Part shown: positions 1 to 9,061 of the stretch, one piece after another
Layout: every line of letters starts with the position of its first letter
Numbering within the stretch: position 1 is the first letter of the stretch
NCBI GenBank assembly: GCA_025054935.1
Contig: JANWZD010000001.1
Coordinates: 201,008-265,007 of the forward strand
DNA length: 64,000 nt
Direction: 5' to 3'
Source of the DNA: Dehalococcoidia bacterium
Lineage (GTDB): Bacteria; Chloroflexota; Dehalococcoidia; SpSt-223
Notes under the pieces: model-generated
What the model was told of the DNA's origin: nothing
The model's input: the letters and a program-made list of their open reading frames with translations, nothing else
The model's database searches: none
Translations under genes and position numbers: made by a program

Positions 1-1566
1 GTAGCGCTGCTCGATGTCGGCGGCGCGGCGGGCGAGCCCCTGCACCTTCTTGTTGGCGAAGATTAGGCGCGTGCCCTGAACCATGAACAGATACGGCGGG
101 TCGTTGTGGATGATCTCGAGCGCGCGCTGGAGGAGCTCCCGACGGCGGTTCTCGTTCACCTCAACGACGGATGCCATGTAGACCCGGTCGAACTCGGGAT
201 TGTTATAGTGCCATCGCCCCGGGTCAGCTTGGCAGGTGCAGAACCAGACGAGGGCGAAGTCTGCATCAAGCGCGGGCGTGTTGATCAGACCGGGCGCAAA
301 CAGGTCCGTGCGCTGGCGAACGCCGTAGAAGTAGTCGCGGAAGACGGCGTATTCGCCGATCGGCTGGATCTCAAGCTGGACCCCGATCTGGCGCAGCTGA
401 TCCTGCACCAGCAGGGCCTGCGCGTTCGCCTCCGCGTTGATGGTCAGCATGGCGAGCGTCAGCCGGAAGCCGTTGGCGTAGCCTGCTTCGGCGAGCAGCT
501 GCCGCGCCCGGTTCGGGTCGTAGGGGTACATCTTCAGGTTCGGATTGAACCCGAAGGTCTCCGGCTGGACGAACTGGCCCTGCTCCGGCTTGGTGTAGCC
601 CTTGTAGATGTTCCGGGCGACAAGCTCCTTGTCGATCGCGTAGTTCAGCGCAAGGCGAACGCGGCGGTCAGCAACGGGACCAGTCTTCGGCTCGCGGCCG
701 ACGACCGTGTCAATCCAGTAGCCGGTCGAGCTGCCGGAGTCGACAACGATGACGTTGAATCCGGCGGCCTTGAGGCTATCGGCTTGATCGATCGGGATGT
801 TGTCGGCCATATCAAGCTCGCCCGACTTCAAGCCGGCGACGCGCGCTGCGGCCTCCGGGATGTTGCGGATCTCGACTTCAGTGACGCCGGTCGCCTTGCG
901 GAACGGATGCTCCGGCACAGCCCGGACGACCACCTTGCTGTCGGGGATAAACTCGACGAGCCGGAAGGGCCCCGTGCCGATCGCCTTGTTGCCGAACTCG
1001 GCGTCGCCCACGCGCTCGAGATACTCTTGCGGCAGCACCGAGACCATCGCCATCCGTTTCAGCAGGAGCCCGTCGGGCTGCTTGGTGATGACGCGGACCG
1101 TGGTGTCGTTCACCTTAACGGCGTCGGCGATCGTTTCGAGGCGGCTCGTGATTGCGTACTTGAACGAGATGTCGGACGCGCGCTTGATGCTGAAGACGAC
1201 ATCTTCGGCGCGCATCGGCGTCCCGTCGTGGAACTTCATGTCCTGACGGATCGTGAACTCCCATGTCGTGGGGTCGACCGACCGCCAGGCGATCGCGGCG
1301 CCGGGCTCGACGCTGCCGTCATCCTTCTGATGAAGAACCGGGTCGAAGACGTCATAGCGCCGCTGCGTGCAGCAGATCGAGATGTAGGGATGCATCTGGG
1401 GCGTGATTGACGCTTGGCCGATGACGAGCCGCTGCGGCCCGCTCGGCGGTCTTTGTCCCTCTGGCCCCATGACGCCGCCCGGCTCAACCGCGGGGGCGCA
1501 GGCGGAGAGGATGATCGCGATGCCGGCAAGACCGGCGAAGGCGCGCGAACGGTTCCACGATCGCAT
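1..1566 (-). CDS. ABC transporter substrate-binding lipoprotein, family 5 (peptide/nickel); 3' end lies outside the window
   Basis: Not in the ORF track. Manual minus-strand translation from ATG 1566 gives MRSWNRSRAFAGLAGIAIILSAC (lipobox), then WEFTIRQDMKFHDGTP, AIGTGPF, RVRLALNYAID, YDPNRARQLLAEAG. AAAGGAG SD upstream. Confidence 0.9.
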   Translation of the reverse strand, partial: MRSWNRSRAFAGLAGIAIILSACAPAVEPGGVMGPEGQRPPSGPQRLVIGQASITPQMHPYISICCTQRRYDVFDPVLHQKDDGSVEPGAAIAWRSVDPTTWEFTIRQDMKFHDGTPMRAEDVVFSIKRASDISFKYAITSRLETIADAVKVNDTTVRVITKQPDGLLLKRMAMVSVLPQEYLERVGDAEFGNKAIGTGPFRLVEFIPDSKVVVRAVPEHPFRKATGVTEVEIRNIPEAAARVAGLKSGELDMADNIPIDQADSLKAAGFNVIVVDSGSSTGYWIDTVVGREPKTGPVADRRVRLALNYAIDKELVARNIYKGYTKPEQGQFVQPETFGFNPNLKMYPYDPNRARQLLAEAGYANGFRLTLAMLTINAEANAQALLVQDQLRQIGVQLEIQPIGEYAVFRDYFYGVRQRTDLFAPGLINTPALDADFALVWFCTCQADPGRWHYNNPEFDRVYMASVVEVNENRRRELLQRALEIIHNDPPYLFMVQGTRLIFANKKVQGLARRAADIEQRY

Positions 1567-1634
1567 AAGGCTCCTTTCCCGGCGATCTCCGCTCCCTTTG
1601 CGGGGTGGGTGACGGCTCTGCCTCATTGTCGTCT

Positions 1635-1680
1635 TCATTAGGCAATCTACTGTTTTCCATGTCAAGTATTGCATGTATGC
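1635..1680 (-). promoter_or_regulatory. Possible sigma70-type promoter of the SBP gene
   Basis: Minus strand TTGACA-N17-CCTAAT in an AT-rich patch. Imperfect palindrome GCATGTATGC just upstream. Confidence 0.4.
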
Positions 1681-2028
1681 CTTTTTGGGCTCCCCCGTTC
1701 AGGCTATCTATCGCCGGTCATTTGCTGTCCTGAAGGCGGGCGCGGCACTCCGCTGCCGCGGCGCGCTCACCAGCGGGGCAGCGCTGCTTGGCGGCAACGC
1801 TTCCCGGCACGCGCTCTCCTCGGCAGGCGCTCTGGCATCTTCTCGGGGGTAAGCGCCGAGCGGCCCTCGCTAATGCGCAAGCGAGCGCCGCGTTCGAGGG
1901 GATGAGCGGCATGCCGCTGCGCGAGTGGCGCGCTGCTGCGGCAGCGTCGCTCGTGATCCGGGGCCGAACAGCCGCTCCTGAGGAGGGGAACTGACCGCTT
2001 GAGAAAACAGCTGCGGCTGTTCCTCCGA

Positions 2029-2068
2029 TAAAGAAAAGAGCGGCCTCTGCCTCGCGGGCAGAAGCCGC
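2029..2068 (-). terminator. Intrinsic terminator of the DUF4397 gene
   Basis: Minus strand GCGGCTTCTGCC-CGCGA-GGCAGAGGCCGC followed by TCTTTTCTTT, 17 nt after the stop. Confidence 0.8.
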
Positions 2069-2085
2069 CGAAGCTGGGGGATGCC

Positions 2086-2847
2086 TTAGCGCGGTCGCGC
2101 GGCGAAGGCGATGATGCGGGCGATCACGCTCTGGATGTCGGTTGCCGTTTGCGGGAAGCGGGCATCTGCCGCGACTTGCGCGCGAATGGGGGTGCGCGTC
2201 AGGAAGCCGATGGCGGCAACGCTCAGAACATCACCCGCCTGCAGCTGCGTATTCGGCAGCGCGAGAGCGACGGTGGTCGTCCCGGCAACGCGGACTTCGA
2301 GATTGTAGGTCCCGGCGTCCACCTCGAGATAGGGGGTTACCTCACGGAAGGCGAGGTTGCGCACGAGCACCGGTCCGCCGGCGACGGCGATGTCAACCGC
2401 TGGCGCATCGGGAGAGAGGTGAAGAACTCGGATCCTCGTTTTCCCCTGCGCTGGCGCGATGATGGCGTCCTCAACGACGACCGGCGCGATCTGGGCGAGG
2501 GGACCTGTCGCAATCACGGTGAAGTTCCGTCCCGCCACCGGAGAGACGCGGGCGTCGATCACCGGGGTTGCGGCCGCCGGGTTCGCGCCGGCCGCGAACA
2601 CCTGAATTCGGCGCTCGCCCGCTGGCACCGCGGCATAGGCCGAAACTTCGCCGAAGGCGAGGTTTGCAATGGCGCGCTGACCATCGATATAGATATCGAC
2701 CGGCGGTGCATCCGGCGACGCATGCCAGGCGCGGACATTCGCGGTTGCCGCCTGAGCGCCTGCGCTTGCTGGCATCAGCGCTAGGCTTCCGATGAGCGCC
2801 GCAAGCGCAGCGCTGACCACGCCGCGACGCGAGAACGAAAATCGCAT
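2086..2847 (-). CDS. Secreted DUF4397-domain protein
   Basis: Signal peptide (SRR, hydrophobic stretch, AGA). Two repeats of the H-x-SPDAP-x-VDI motif typical of DUF4397. GGAGG SD. Confidence 0.85.
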   Translation of the reverse strand: MRFSFSRRGVVSAALAALIGSLALMPASAGAQAATANVRAWHASPDAPPVDIYIDGQRAIANLAFGEVSAYAAVPAGERRIQVFAAGANPAAATPVIDARVSPVAGRNFTVIATGPLAQIAPVVVEDAIIAPAQGKTRIRVLHLSPDAPAVDIAVAGGPVLVRNLAFREVTPYLEVDAGTYNLEVRVAGTTTVALALPNTQLQAGDVLSVAAIGFLTRTPIRAQVAADARFPQTATDIQSVIARIIAFAARPR

Positions 2848-2879
2848 TTGAACCTCCCACGGAACAGGATCGTCACTAG

Positions 2880-2904
2880 TATAAATCTCGAGTCAAGATT
2901 TATA
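2880..2904. promoter_or_regulatory. AT-rich palindromic operator candidate
   Basis: Perfect inverted repeat TATAAATCT-N7-AGATTTATA, about 33 nt upstream of the DUF4397 start. Confidence 0.55.
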
Positions 2905-2974
2905 GAGGCGCTGTTGACGCCTCCGCCGCTTTTCCCGACAATCGCCGGTCTCAGCGAGGGCAGCTCGCGTCCGA

Positions 2975-3452
2975 GAGTGTCGTCGGGCGTCGCTGCCCTC
3001 ATCTTGACTGGTGTTGCTCTCGCGTCGGGGGTGTCGACCGAGCGCTGCTCTCCTTTCTGCTGCTTCTTCTCGGTCACGGATTTCTGCTCAGCCTGAGCCG
3101 GCTTGAGGCGGGTCCCCACGACCAGCTGCTCGAGGTCGTGGCAGCGTTCGGCCTCGCTCTCGTCCTCTTCCTTGACTCGGTCAAGCTCCCGCTGGATGAG
3201 CTGTGCCAAGAGTAGTGCGTTCCTCTGCTTAGGCGAGGGCATGGCACGCTGCTCGTCATCGCCGGGGGCAGCGATCGCCGCGACTGAGATCATGAGGACC
3301 GCCCAACTCAAGGGTCTGCCGCTGGGCGCAGTGCTCGCCTCGACTAACCGGGGCGTTCTCCGTGACCCTCAGCGGTCCGGCGGGCGCGCTCCGCTGAAGC
3401 GGGCACCGACGACATCGTCGTACTGCCATCGTCCAGATCCTCATTGCGCTTC
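2975..3452 (+). pseudogene. Degraded cation:proton antiporter (CPA1/NhaP-like) fragment
   Basis: Fragments in shifting plus frames: GVAALILTGVALASG / VDRALLSFLLLLLGHGFLL..PHDQLLEVVAAFGLALVLFLDSVKL..E* / GTLLVIAG / GAVLASTNRGVLRD (compare GAILAxTDPV) / DIVVLP..IVQILIAL. Contains frameshifts and an in-frame stop. Confidence 0.65.
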
Positions 3453-3593
3453 TGCATCGGCGCCCGGCTAATCGCGAAAGCGGATGCTGCCGTTGGGATG
3501 CGGCGTGAAGAGCAGGCGCTCGCCTCCCCGCTCGCGGCCGACTTCGCGGGCGCCGACGCCCGATTGCCGGGGAGGGGCGCGTGCGCGCAGCTG

Positions 3594-4007
3594 TCAGGGA
3601 ACGGTGCTCAAACACTCGACCCCAATCGCCTTCATGCCGGCGGCGCCGGCCCACGCCTTAAACAGCTCGCCGGATGGCCAGAGCACTGCCTGTCCTGCCG
3701 CGATCGCTCTCCGGTCGCCGCTCTCGCCCCCAATCCGCACGAAACCGGAGCCGTGGGTCACCACGAAAATGATCGGGAAGCGCGATCGCCGCTCGCCCGT
3801 CTCCCCGTAGGGGTCAAACTCCATTGCCATCACGCTGACCGGCTCATCGAGAATGATCGGTCTGCCGTTGAAGCGAGCTGCCAGCTCCTCGGGCGAGAAC
3901 CGTTCGGCAAACGAGCGCCGGATTTGGATCGCGTTGACGCGCAGCCCGCGGCTTTCTCCGAGCTCGGTCTCGGTCAAAAATGGCGTGAAATCGCGTATCT
4001 CCACCAC
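3594..4007 (-). CDS. Cupin-fold protein
   Basis: IIFVVTHGSGFVRIGG...IAAGQAVLWPSGE pattern. Strong SD GGAGGAAGGAGG before GTG. Metal-binding His residues not evident. Confidence 0.7.
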   Translation of the reverse strand: MVEIRDFTPFLTETELGESRGLRVNAIQIRRSFAERFSPEELAARFNGRPIILDEPVSVMAMEFDPYGETGERRSRFPIIFVVTHGSGFVRIGGESGDRRAIAAGQAVLWPSGELFKAWAGAAGMKAIGVECLSTVP

Positions 4008-4046
4008 GCTCTCCCTCCTTCCTCCGCCCAGGGTACGATAAAACCG

Positions 4047-4481
4047 ATGCGTCACCATCTTGCGGTCTTCGCCCCGCAGCCGCTTGCCGACATTCTCGCC
4101 GGGCGCAAAACGATTGAGAGCCGCTTCGCGCGCGACCGCCGCCCTCCATACGGGCGGGTCGCCCCGGGCGATCTCCTCTGGCTGAAGCAGAGCGGAGGAC
4201 CGCTCGTCGGGGTCGCGACCGCGGCGTGGGTAGAGGAGGTCGCGAACTTGACGCCGGACCGCGTGACCGAGCTGTTCGAGCGCTATCCCGGCATCCTTGC
4301 TGACCCGCCCTACCGCGCCGCAAAGCGGAGCGCGCGCTTCGCCACGATCATCGGGCTGACTGCGGTGCGCCCGCTCGACGCCTGCGTCATCGCCGGGCGC
4401 GGCCGCAGTGGATGGCGGCTCCTTGCCGGTCCTCCGGTCGACTGCTCAGTCTTCCCCTCCCCGCGTCTCCCGCGAAGATGA
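4047..4481 (+). CDS. ASCH-domain (PUA-like) protein
   Basis: ILAGRKTIESR (GxKxxExR) ASCH signature followed by VAPGDLLWLK. TACGAT -10 box 7 nt before ATG. Confidence 0.8.
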   Translation: MRHHLAVFAPQPLADILAGRKTIESRFARDRRPPYGRVAPGDLLWLKQSGGPLVGVATAAWVEEVANLTPDRVTELFERYPGILADPPYRAAKRSARFATIIGLTAVRPLDACVIAGRGRSGWRLLAGPPVDCSVFPSPRLPRR

Positions 4482-4914
4482 ACGGCCCAGTCGGCTAGAC
4501 TGGAAACGACGCCGCGACCGTGGGGGGCTTCTGTCGCTTGCTCACCTCCTGCTGATTGGGCTTGGCGGCGCTCTCGGTGCGCTCGCCCGCTTCTTCATTG
4601 CAAATGTGCTCGCGCTCTGGCTGGGGCCGCACTTTCCCTTCGGGACGTTTGCAGTCAACGTCTCGGGGAGCTTTGCTGTCGGCATGCTCCTTGCAGTCAT
4701 CGTGCCCCGCGTCTCGGAGGCGAGCGAACTGCGAGCGTTCCTCGTTGTTGGGTTCTTCGGCGCATACACCACGTTCTCGACGTGGTCCTACGAAACGCTC
4801 GCGCTCTTCCAAGCGGGCCGGTTTGTCGCGGCGGTGGTCAATCTGGGCGGTCAGCTCGCGCTGGGATTGGCCGCCGTCGTGCTCGGGAGCGCGATCGGTC
4901 GCTTGCTGCTGTAG
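4408..4914 (+). CDS. crcB: Fluoride channel Fluc/CrcB (true start uncertain, possibly near 4531)
   Basis: GGALGALARF, FPFGTFAVNVSGSF, GFFGAYTTFSTW motifs; four hydrophobic segments. Confidence 0.92.
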   Translation: MDGGSLPVLRSTAQSSPPRVSREDERPSRLDWKRRRDRGGLLSLAHLLLIGLGGALGALARFFIANVLALWLGPHFPFGTFAVNVSGSFAVGMLLAVIVPRVSEASELRAFLVVGFFGAYTTFSTWSYETLALFQAGRFVAAVVNLGGQLALGLAAVVLGSAIGRLLL

Positions 4915-5016
4915 CGCCTTTCGGGCGGCGCTGCTCCTCTGCTCAGCGCGAGCAGTTCCGCTCGGCGCACCGCTGAGAACGGGCGCAGCGGCAGAGGAAG
5001 CGCGGGTGACGCTCTG

Positions 5017-5889
5017 TTAGCGCCAGTTGGTAACGAGCAGTTCGCTCACGAGGCCGCGGCGCTCGGGGTCGGAGTTGATCGCCCGGGGAGCGCTCACCGT
5101 CTCGATGCGATAGTCGGCGTAGAGCCAGCGCGTGAAGGGCGTGTCGCTGTTGGAGAGCAGCACGTAGACGCCGCGTTCGGTCAGGCGGTCGACAAGGGCT
5201 TTCAGCCATTTCTGGTCGTTCTCGCTGAAGCCGTGGGCGTTATAGCGAGTAAAGGAGGCGGTGTGCGCTGTCGGCCAGTAGGGCGGGTCAAGGTAGACGA
5301 AATCGCCGGCTTGGGCAGTCTGGACGCTGCGGTCGAAACTTGCCAGCATGATCTCGGCATGCGCTAGGGCTGCGCTTGCGGCAAGCAGCACGTTGGGATC
5401 GTAGAGGCGAAGCGGGCGCCGGTAGCGCCCCATCGGAACGTTGAACTCGCCTCGTCGGTTGACCCGATACAAGCCGTTGTAGCACGTCCGGTTGAGGTAG
5501 AGGAAGCGCGCTGCGCGCGTCTGGCGGTCTAGTGCTGCTGCCGGAAGCGCGCGGACACGGTAGTAGACGTCGCGGTCATACTCGTAGCGGTCGAGTGCCC
5601 GCATCAGCCCGACGGGGTCGTCGCGCACCTCGAGGTAGGCGCTGATCAGATCTTCGTTGATATCGCCGAGCACTGCCCGCGGGGGCCGGAGCGCGAAAAA
5701 GAGCGCGCCGCCGCCGAGAAACGGCTCGAAGTAAACGCCGAAGCGGGGGGGAACCCGCCGCATCAGCTCAGGGAGCAGGCTGGTTTTGCCGCCTGCCCAT
5801 TTCACGAATGGCTGGGCAGCGGGCGCTCCCCTCCCGACGCCGGACGAGGATGACGCCGGGCGAGGCCCGTTCGCTGTTCGCTCAATCAT
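5017..5889 (-). CDS. dam: Dam-family (D12 class) DNA adenine-N6 methyltransferase
   Basis: PFVKWAGGK, YFEPFLGGGA, DIN, NRTCYNGLYRVN, VYLDPPY. Confidence 0.9.
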   Translation of the reverse strand: MIERTANGPRPASSSSGVGRGAPAAQPFVKWAGGKTSLLPELMRRVPPRFGVYFEPFLGGGALFFALRPPRAVLGDINEDLISAYLEVRDDPVGLMRALDRYEYDRDVYYRVRALPAAALDRQTRAARFLYLNRTCYNGLYRVNRRGEFNVPMGRYRRPLRLYDPNVLLAASAALAHAEIMLASFDRSVQTAQAGDFVYLDPPYWPTAHTASFTRYNAHGFSENDQKWLKALVDRLTERGVYVLLSNSDTPFTRWLYADYRIETVSAPRAINSDPERRGLVSELLVTNWR

Positions 5890-6334
5890 CGGCTCCGATG
5901 CTGGGGCGGTCGGGAGAGTCGCGCTCGGGGGCGCCGCTCACCGCGGAAGGGAGGCCGAGCCCGGCGGGACGGTGTGCCTCGAGGAGCGAGAAGATGACCG
6001 GGATGGCGTCGGCAGGCTGCGGGAAGAGCCGCTCAACAAACTCGTTGAGGAACCAGGCGCGCAGCCGGGCTTGAATTGGTCCCCGCCGGAACAGACGGGC
6101 GAGACGACGGGCGAGCCCTGTCCGCTCGAACCCTCGGTTGACCTCAACGATAACCCGCAGCCCCTCTCCCCGCAGCTCGAAGTCGCTGCTGCCGGCAGGG
6201 AAGATCATCTCCCAGCGGCCGCGCAGCTGGCGCGCCTCGACCTCCCGTTCTATCGCCCGGACGAGCGCTTCGGCAACGGCCCGCGGCTGATCCGCTCCCG
6301 GCTGCACCCGCTGCCCTCGCGATTGGTCGCTCAT
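5882..6334 (-). CDS. Hypothetical protein
   Basis: 150-aa ORF overlapping the fusA stop (ATGA) and the methylase start, consistent with translational coupling. Confidence 0.65.
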   Translation of the reverse strand: MSDQSRGQRVQPGADQPRAVAEALVRAIEREVEARQLRGRWEMIFPAGSSDFELRGEGLRVIVEVNRGFERTGLARRLARLFRRGPIQARLRAWFLNEFVERLFPQPADAIPVIFSLLEAHRPAGLGLPSAVSGAPERDSPDRPSIGADD

Positions 6335-8400
6335 GAGACGTTCTCGGCCGCTTTCTTCGCCTCCGCAATGATCCCTTGGGCGAGGTGGGGAGGCACTTCC
6401 TCATAGTGACTGAACGACATGGTGAAGGAGCCGCGCCCTTGGGTAATCGACCGGAGGTCGGTGGCGTAGCGGCGCATCTCGGCGAGCGGCGCCTGCGCCG
6501 TGATGACGCTCACGCCGCCGCTCGTTGTCATCCCTTGGACACGGCCGCGCTTGGTGTTCAGGTCGCTGAGGATATCGCCGAGGAACTGCTCCGGCACCGT
6601 GATCTCGACATTCATGATCGGCTCAATGAGGACGGGGTTTGCCTGCATGACGCCCTTTTTCAGCGCTTGGGCAGCGGCGATTTTGAAGGCGATTTCCGAA
6701 GAGTCAACCGGGTGATAGCTCCCGTCATAGAGGACAACGCGCAGGTCGACGATGGGATAGTGCGCGAGCACCCCTTCCTGAAGCCCCTCTTCGATCCCCT
6801 TCTGCACCGCGGGGAAGAAGTTCTTCGGGACTGTGCCCCCGACGACACGCTCGGCAAACTCAAATCCCTCGCCGCGCGGCTTTGGCTCGAGCTCGATCAT
6901 CACATGACCGTACTGACCATGCCCGCCGGTCTGTTTCTTGTGCTTGTATTCGGCGGTCGCTTTGGTCGTGATCGTCTCTTTGTACGGGACGCGCGGCAGG
7001 GTCGTGGTCAGGTCGACCCCGAACTTGCGCTTCAGCTTCTCGAGCGAGACATCGATGTGCGACTCGCCGAGACCGGACAAGATTGTCTCGTTGGTGTCAG
7101 GGTCGCGGCGCACAGTCAGCGTCGGGTCTTCTTCGACGAGCCGCGCGAGGGCGGTGCCCATCTTGTCGACATCGGCTTTCGACTTGGGATGCACTGCCGC
7201 CGAGAAGACCGGCTTCGGGAACTCGATCGCCGGCAGCAGGATGGGCCGCTCGCGGGTTGTCAGCGTGTCGCCGGTGCCGGTCTCCGTGAGCTTTGTTACT
7301 GCGCCGATATCTCCCGCGGCAAGGGCTTGCACGGCTTCTTGGTGCTTTCCGCGGACGACGTAGACTGTCCCAATCCGCTCTTCTTTGCCTTTATTGGCGT
7401 TGAAGACGTGGCTGTCTGCTTTGAGTGTCCCCGAGTAGACGCGGAAGTAGGTCAGCTTGCCCACAAACTGGTCGGCCGAGGTTTTGAAGACGAGGGCAGC
7501 GAGCGGACCGGCGGGGTCCGGAGCAAGGTCGACCGGCTGACCGTTGACGGTCGCGGGAACGGGACCGCGGTCGGCCGGGGAGGGAGCGAGGTCGATGAGC
7601 GCGTCAAGGAGGAGCGAGCACGCCTTGTTGGCGAGCGCCGACCCGACCAGCACCGGCGTCAGCTTGGCGGCGCGAATCCCGTCTCGCAGTCCCTTGACGA
7701 TCTCTTCGACCGAGAGCTCTTCTCCTTCGAGATACTTGGTCATCAAGTCGTCGTCCTGCTCCGCGACTGCCTCAACGAGCATCTCCCGGTAGGAGGCGAC
7801 CTCATCGGCGAGTTCGCTGGGGATCGGGCCGGCCTCCAGCTTGGGCCCGCTTCTCGCTTCCCGTCGGATCAGGTCGACGACGCCGACGAATCGGTCCTGC
7901 GCCCCGATCGGCGCTTGGATAGGGACGCAGGATGCCCCAAACAGCTCGCGGATCTGGGCGAGCGTCTTCGCGAAATCGGCATTCTCGCGATCGATCTTGT
8001 TGATGAAGAGAAATCGCGGCAGGCGTGCCTCCTGCGCGACTTTCCAATTCAATTCGGTGCCCACCTCAACGCCGCTGACAGCGTCGACGACAAAAACGGC
8101 GGTATCCGCGACGCGGAGGGCTTCTCGGACCTCGCCGACGAAGTCGGCATACCCGGGAGTATCCAGGACATTGATCTTGTGGTCGCGCCACTCACAAGGA
8201 AGAACGGAGAGGCTGATCGAGATCCGGCGTCGCTGTTCATCCGGCTCGAAGTCGGAGACGGTCGTCCCTTCTTCGACTTTGCCAAGCCGCGTGATTGCGC
8301 CGGACGCGAACAGCAGCGCCTCACCGAGGCTCGTCTTGCCGGCGCCGCCATGGCCGACTAGAGCCACATTCCGCAACTGCTCAGTGCGGTAGCTCTTCAT
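6331..8400 (-). CDS. fusA: Elongation factor G, EF-G2-type paralog
   Basis: GHGGAGKTS, DTPG, NKID, GLGESHI, KKQTGGHGQYG, DGSYHPVDSSE. Lacks canonical AHIDAGKTT/RGITI and is not in a str operon. GGAGG SD before ATG 8400. Confidence 0.93.
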   Translation of the reverse strand: MKSYRTEQLRNVALVGHGGAGKTSLGEALLFASGAITRLGKVEEGTTVSDFEPDEQRRRISISLSVLPCEWRDHKINVLDTPGYADFVGEVREALRVADTAVFVVDAVSGVEVGTELNWKVAQEARLPRFLFINKIDRENADFAKTLAQIRELFGASCVPIQAPIGAQDRFVGVVDLIRREARSGPKLEAGPIPSELADEVASYREMLVEAVAEQDDDLMTKYLEGEELSVEEIVKGLRDGIRAAKLTPVLVGSALANKACSLLLDALIDLAPSPADRGPVPATVNGQPVDLAPDPAGPLAALVFKTSADQFVGKLTYFRVYSGTLKADSHVFNANKGKEERIGTVYVVRGKHQEAVQALAAGDIGAVTKLTETGTGDTLTTRERPILLPAIEFPKPVFSAAVHPKSKADVDKMGTALARLVEEDPTLTVRRDPDTNETILSGLGESHIDVSLEKLKRKFGVDLTTTLPRVPYKETITTKATAEYKHKKQTGGHGQYGHVMIELEPKPRGEGFEFAERVVGGTVPKNFFPAVQKGIEEGLQEGVLAHYPIVDLRVVLYDGSYHPVDSSEIAFKIAAAQALKKGVMQANPVLIEPIMNVEITVPEQFLGDILSDLNTKRGRVQGMTTSGGVSVITAQAPLAEMRRYATDLRSITQGRGSFTMSFSHYEEVPPHLAQGIIAEAKKAAENVS

Positions 8401-8536
8401 CCGTCGATCCTCCATGCGAGGTGCATTGCCGGCGCGCCAAAATTGCCAGACGGCAGGATGAGCGGGGGAAGGAGGTCGTGCCGTCGAGGCGCGCCGGATT
8501 AGGTATGCGCTATTCTATCGGAACATCCTTTTCGTC

Positions 8537-8953
8537 TCAAAATCCGAGACCGAAGACGCGACGGATAGACGGGCGCGTCAGGAGGCCGATCGAGAGCAGC
8601 GCGTGCGCCATCGGGATGGGCGCCGGGGGGACAAGCACGCCAGCTGTCAGGAAGCTGACAAGGGTCGGCACTGTCGAAAGGCCGCCGATGAGCAGCGCCA
8701 ACGCGATCGACAGGGTCCTCCCCCACGGCCGGTAGGAAAGCACGCCGGCGCCGGCAACGACAAGCGCGCCGCCGGCAGCAAGGTAGAGAGGGGCGAGCGC
8801 GGGGGGCGGCGCATCGTCTGGCGGAGCGACGAGAGCGAGCGCTCCGCCAATCAGTGAGAGTGTGCCGAGAATGACATGCTCCCAGGCGAGGAGGCGCAGG
8901 AGGAACAGCCAGCCGGGTGGCGGCTGACGATCGGGAGAGAGGTCCGCGCTCAT
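8537..8953 (-). CDS. Hypothetical membrane protein (about 4 TM)
   Basis: Four hydrophobic segments. TACACT -10 box 6 nt before ATG. Confidence 0.65.
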   Translation of the reverse strand: MSADLSPDRQPPPGWLFLLRLLAWEHVILGTLSLIGGALALVAPPDDAPPPALAPLYLAAGGALVVAGAGVLSYRPWGRTLSIALALLIGGLSTVPTLVSFLTAGVLVPPAPIPMAHALLSIGLLTRPSIRRVFGLGF

Positions 8954-9061
8954 ACGGAGAGTGTAGCGACATCCGCCGTCCGGTGTCGCCCCGCTCTCCG
9001 GTATGATTGACGGTGCGCGAGGGCGAGGCGGTGCGCAGCGTCTGGCCAGCGGGAGGGCGCG

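Noticed and set aside
106..1410. 434-aa plus-strand ORF
   Set aside because: Antisense shadow of the minus-strand ABC substrate-binding gene.
2781..3311. 176-aa minus-strand ORF
   Set aside because: No motifs; the plus strand is better explained as an antiporter pseudogene.
3300..3440. Hairpins suggesting an ncRNA or fluoride riboswitch
   Set aside because: No riboswitch consensus seen, far from the crcB start, and within the pseudogene.
6376..8361. 661-aa plus-strand ORF
   Set aside because: Antisense shadow of fusA.
8519..8534. GAACATCCTTTT as a LexA-like box
   Set aside because: Second half-site deviates from GTTC, and no box was found upstream of the SRAP gene.
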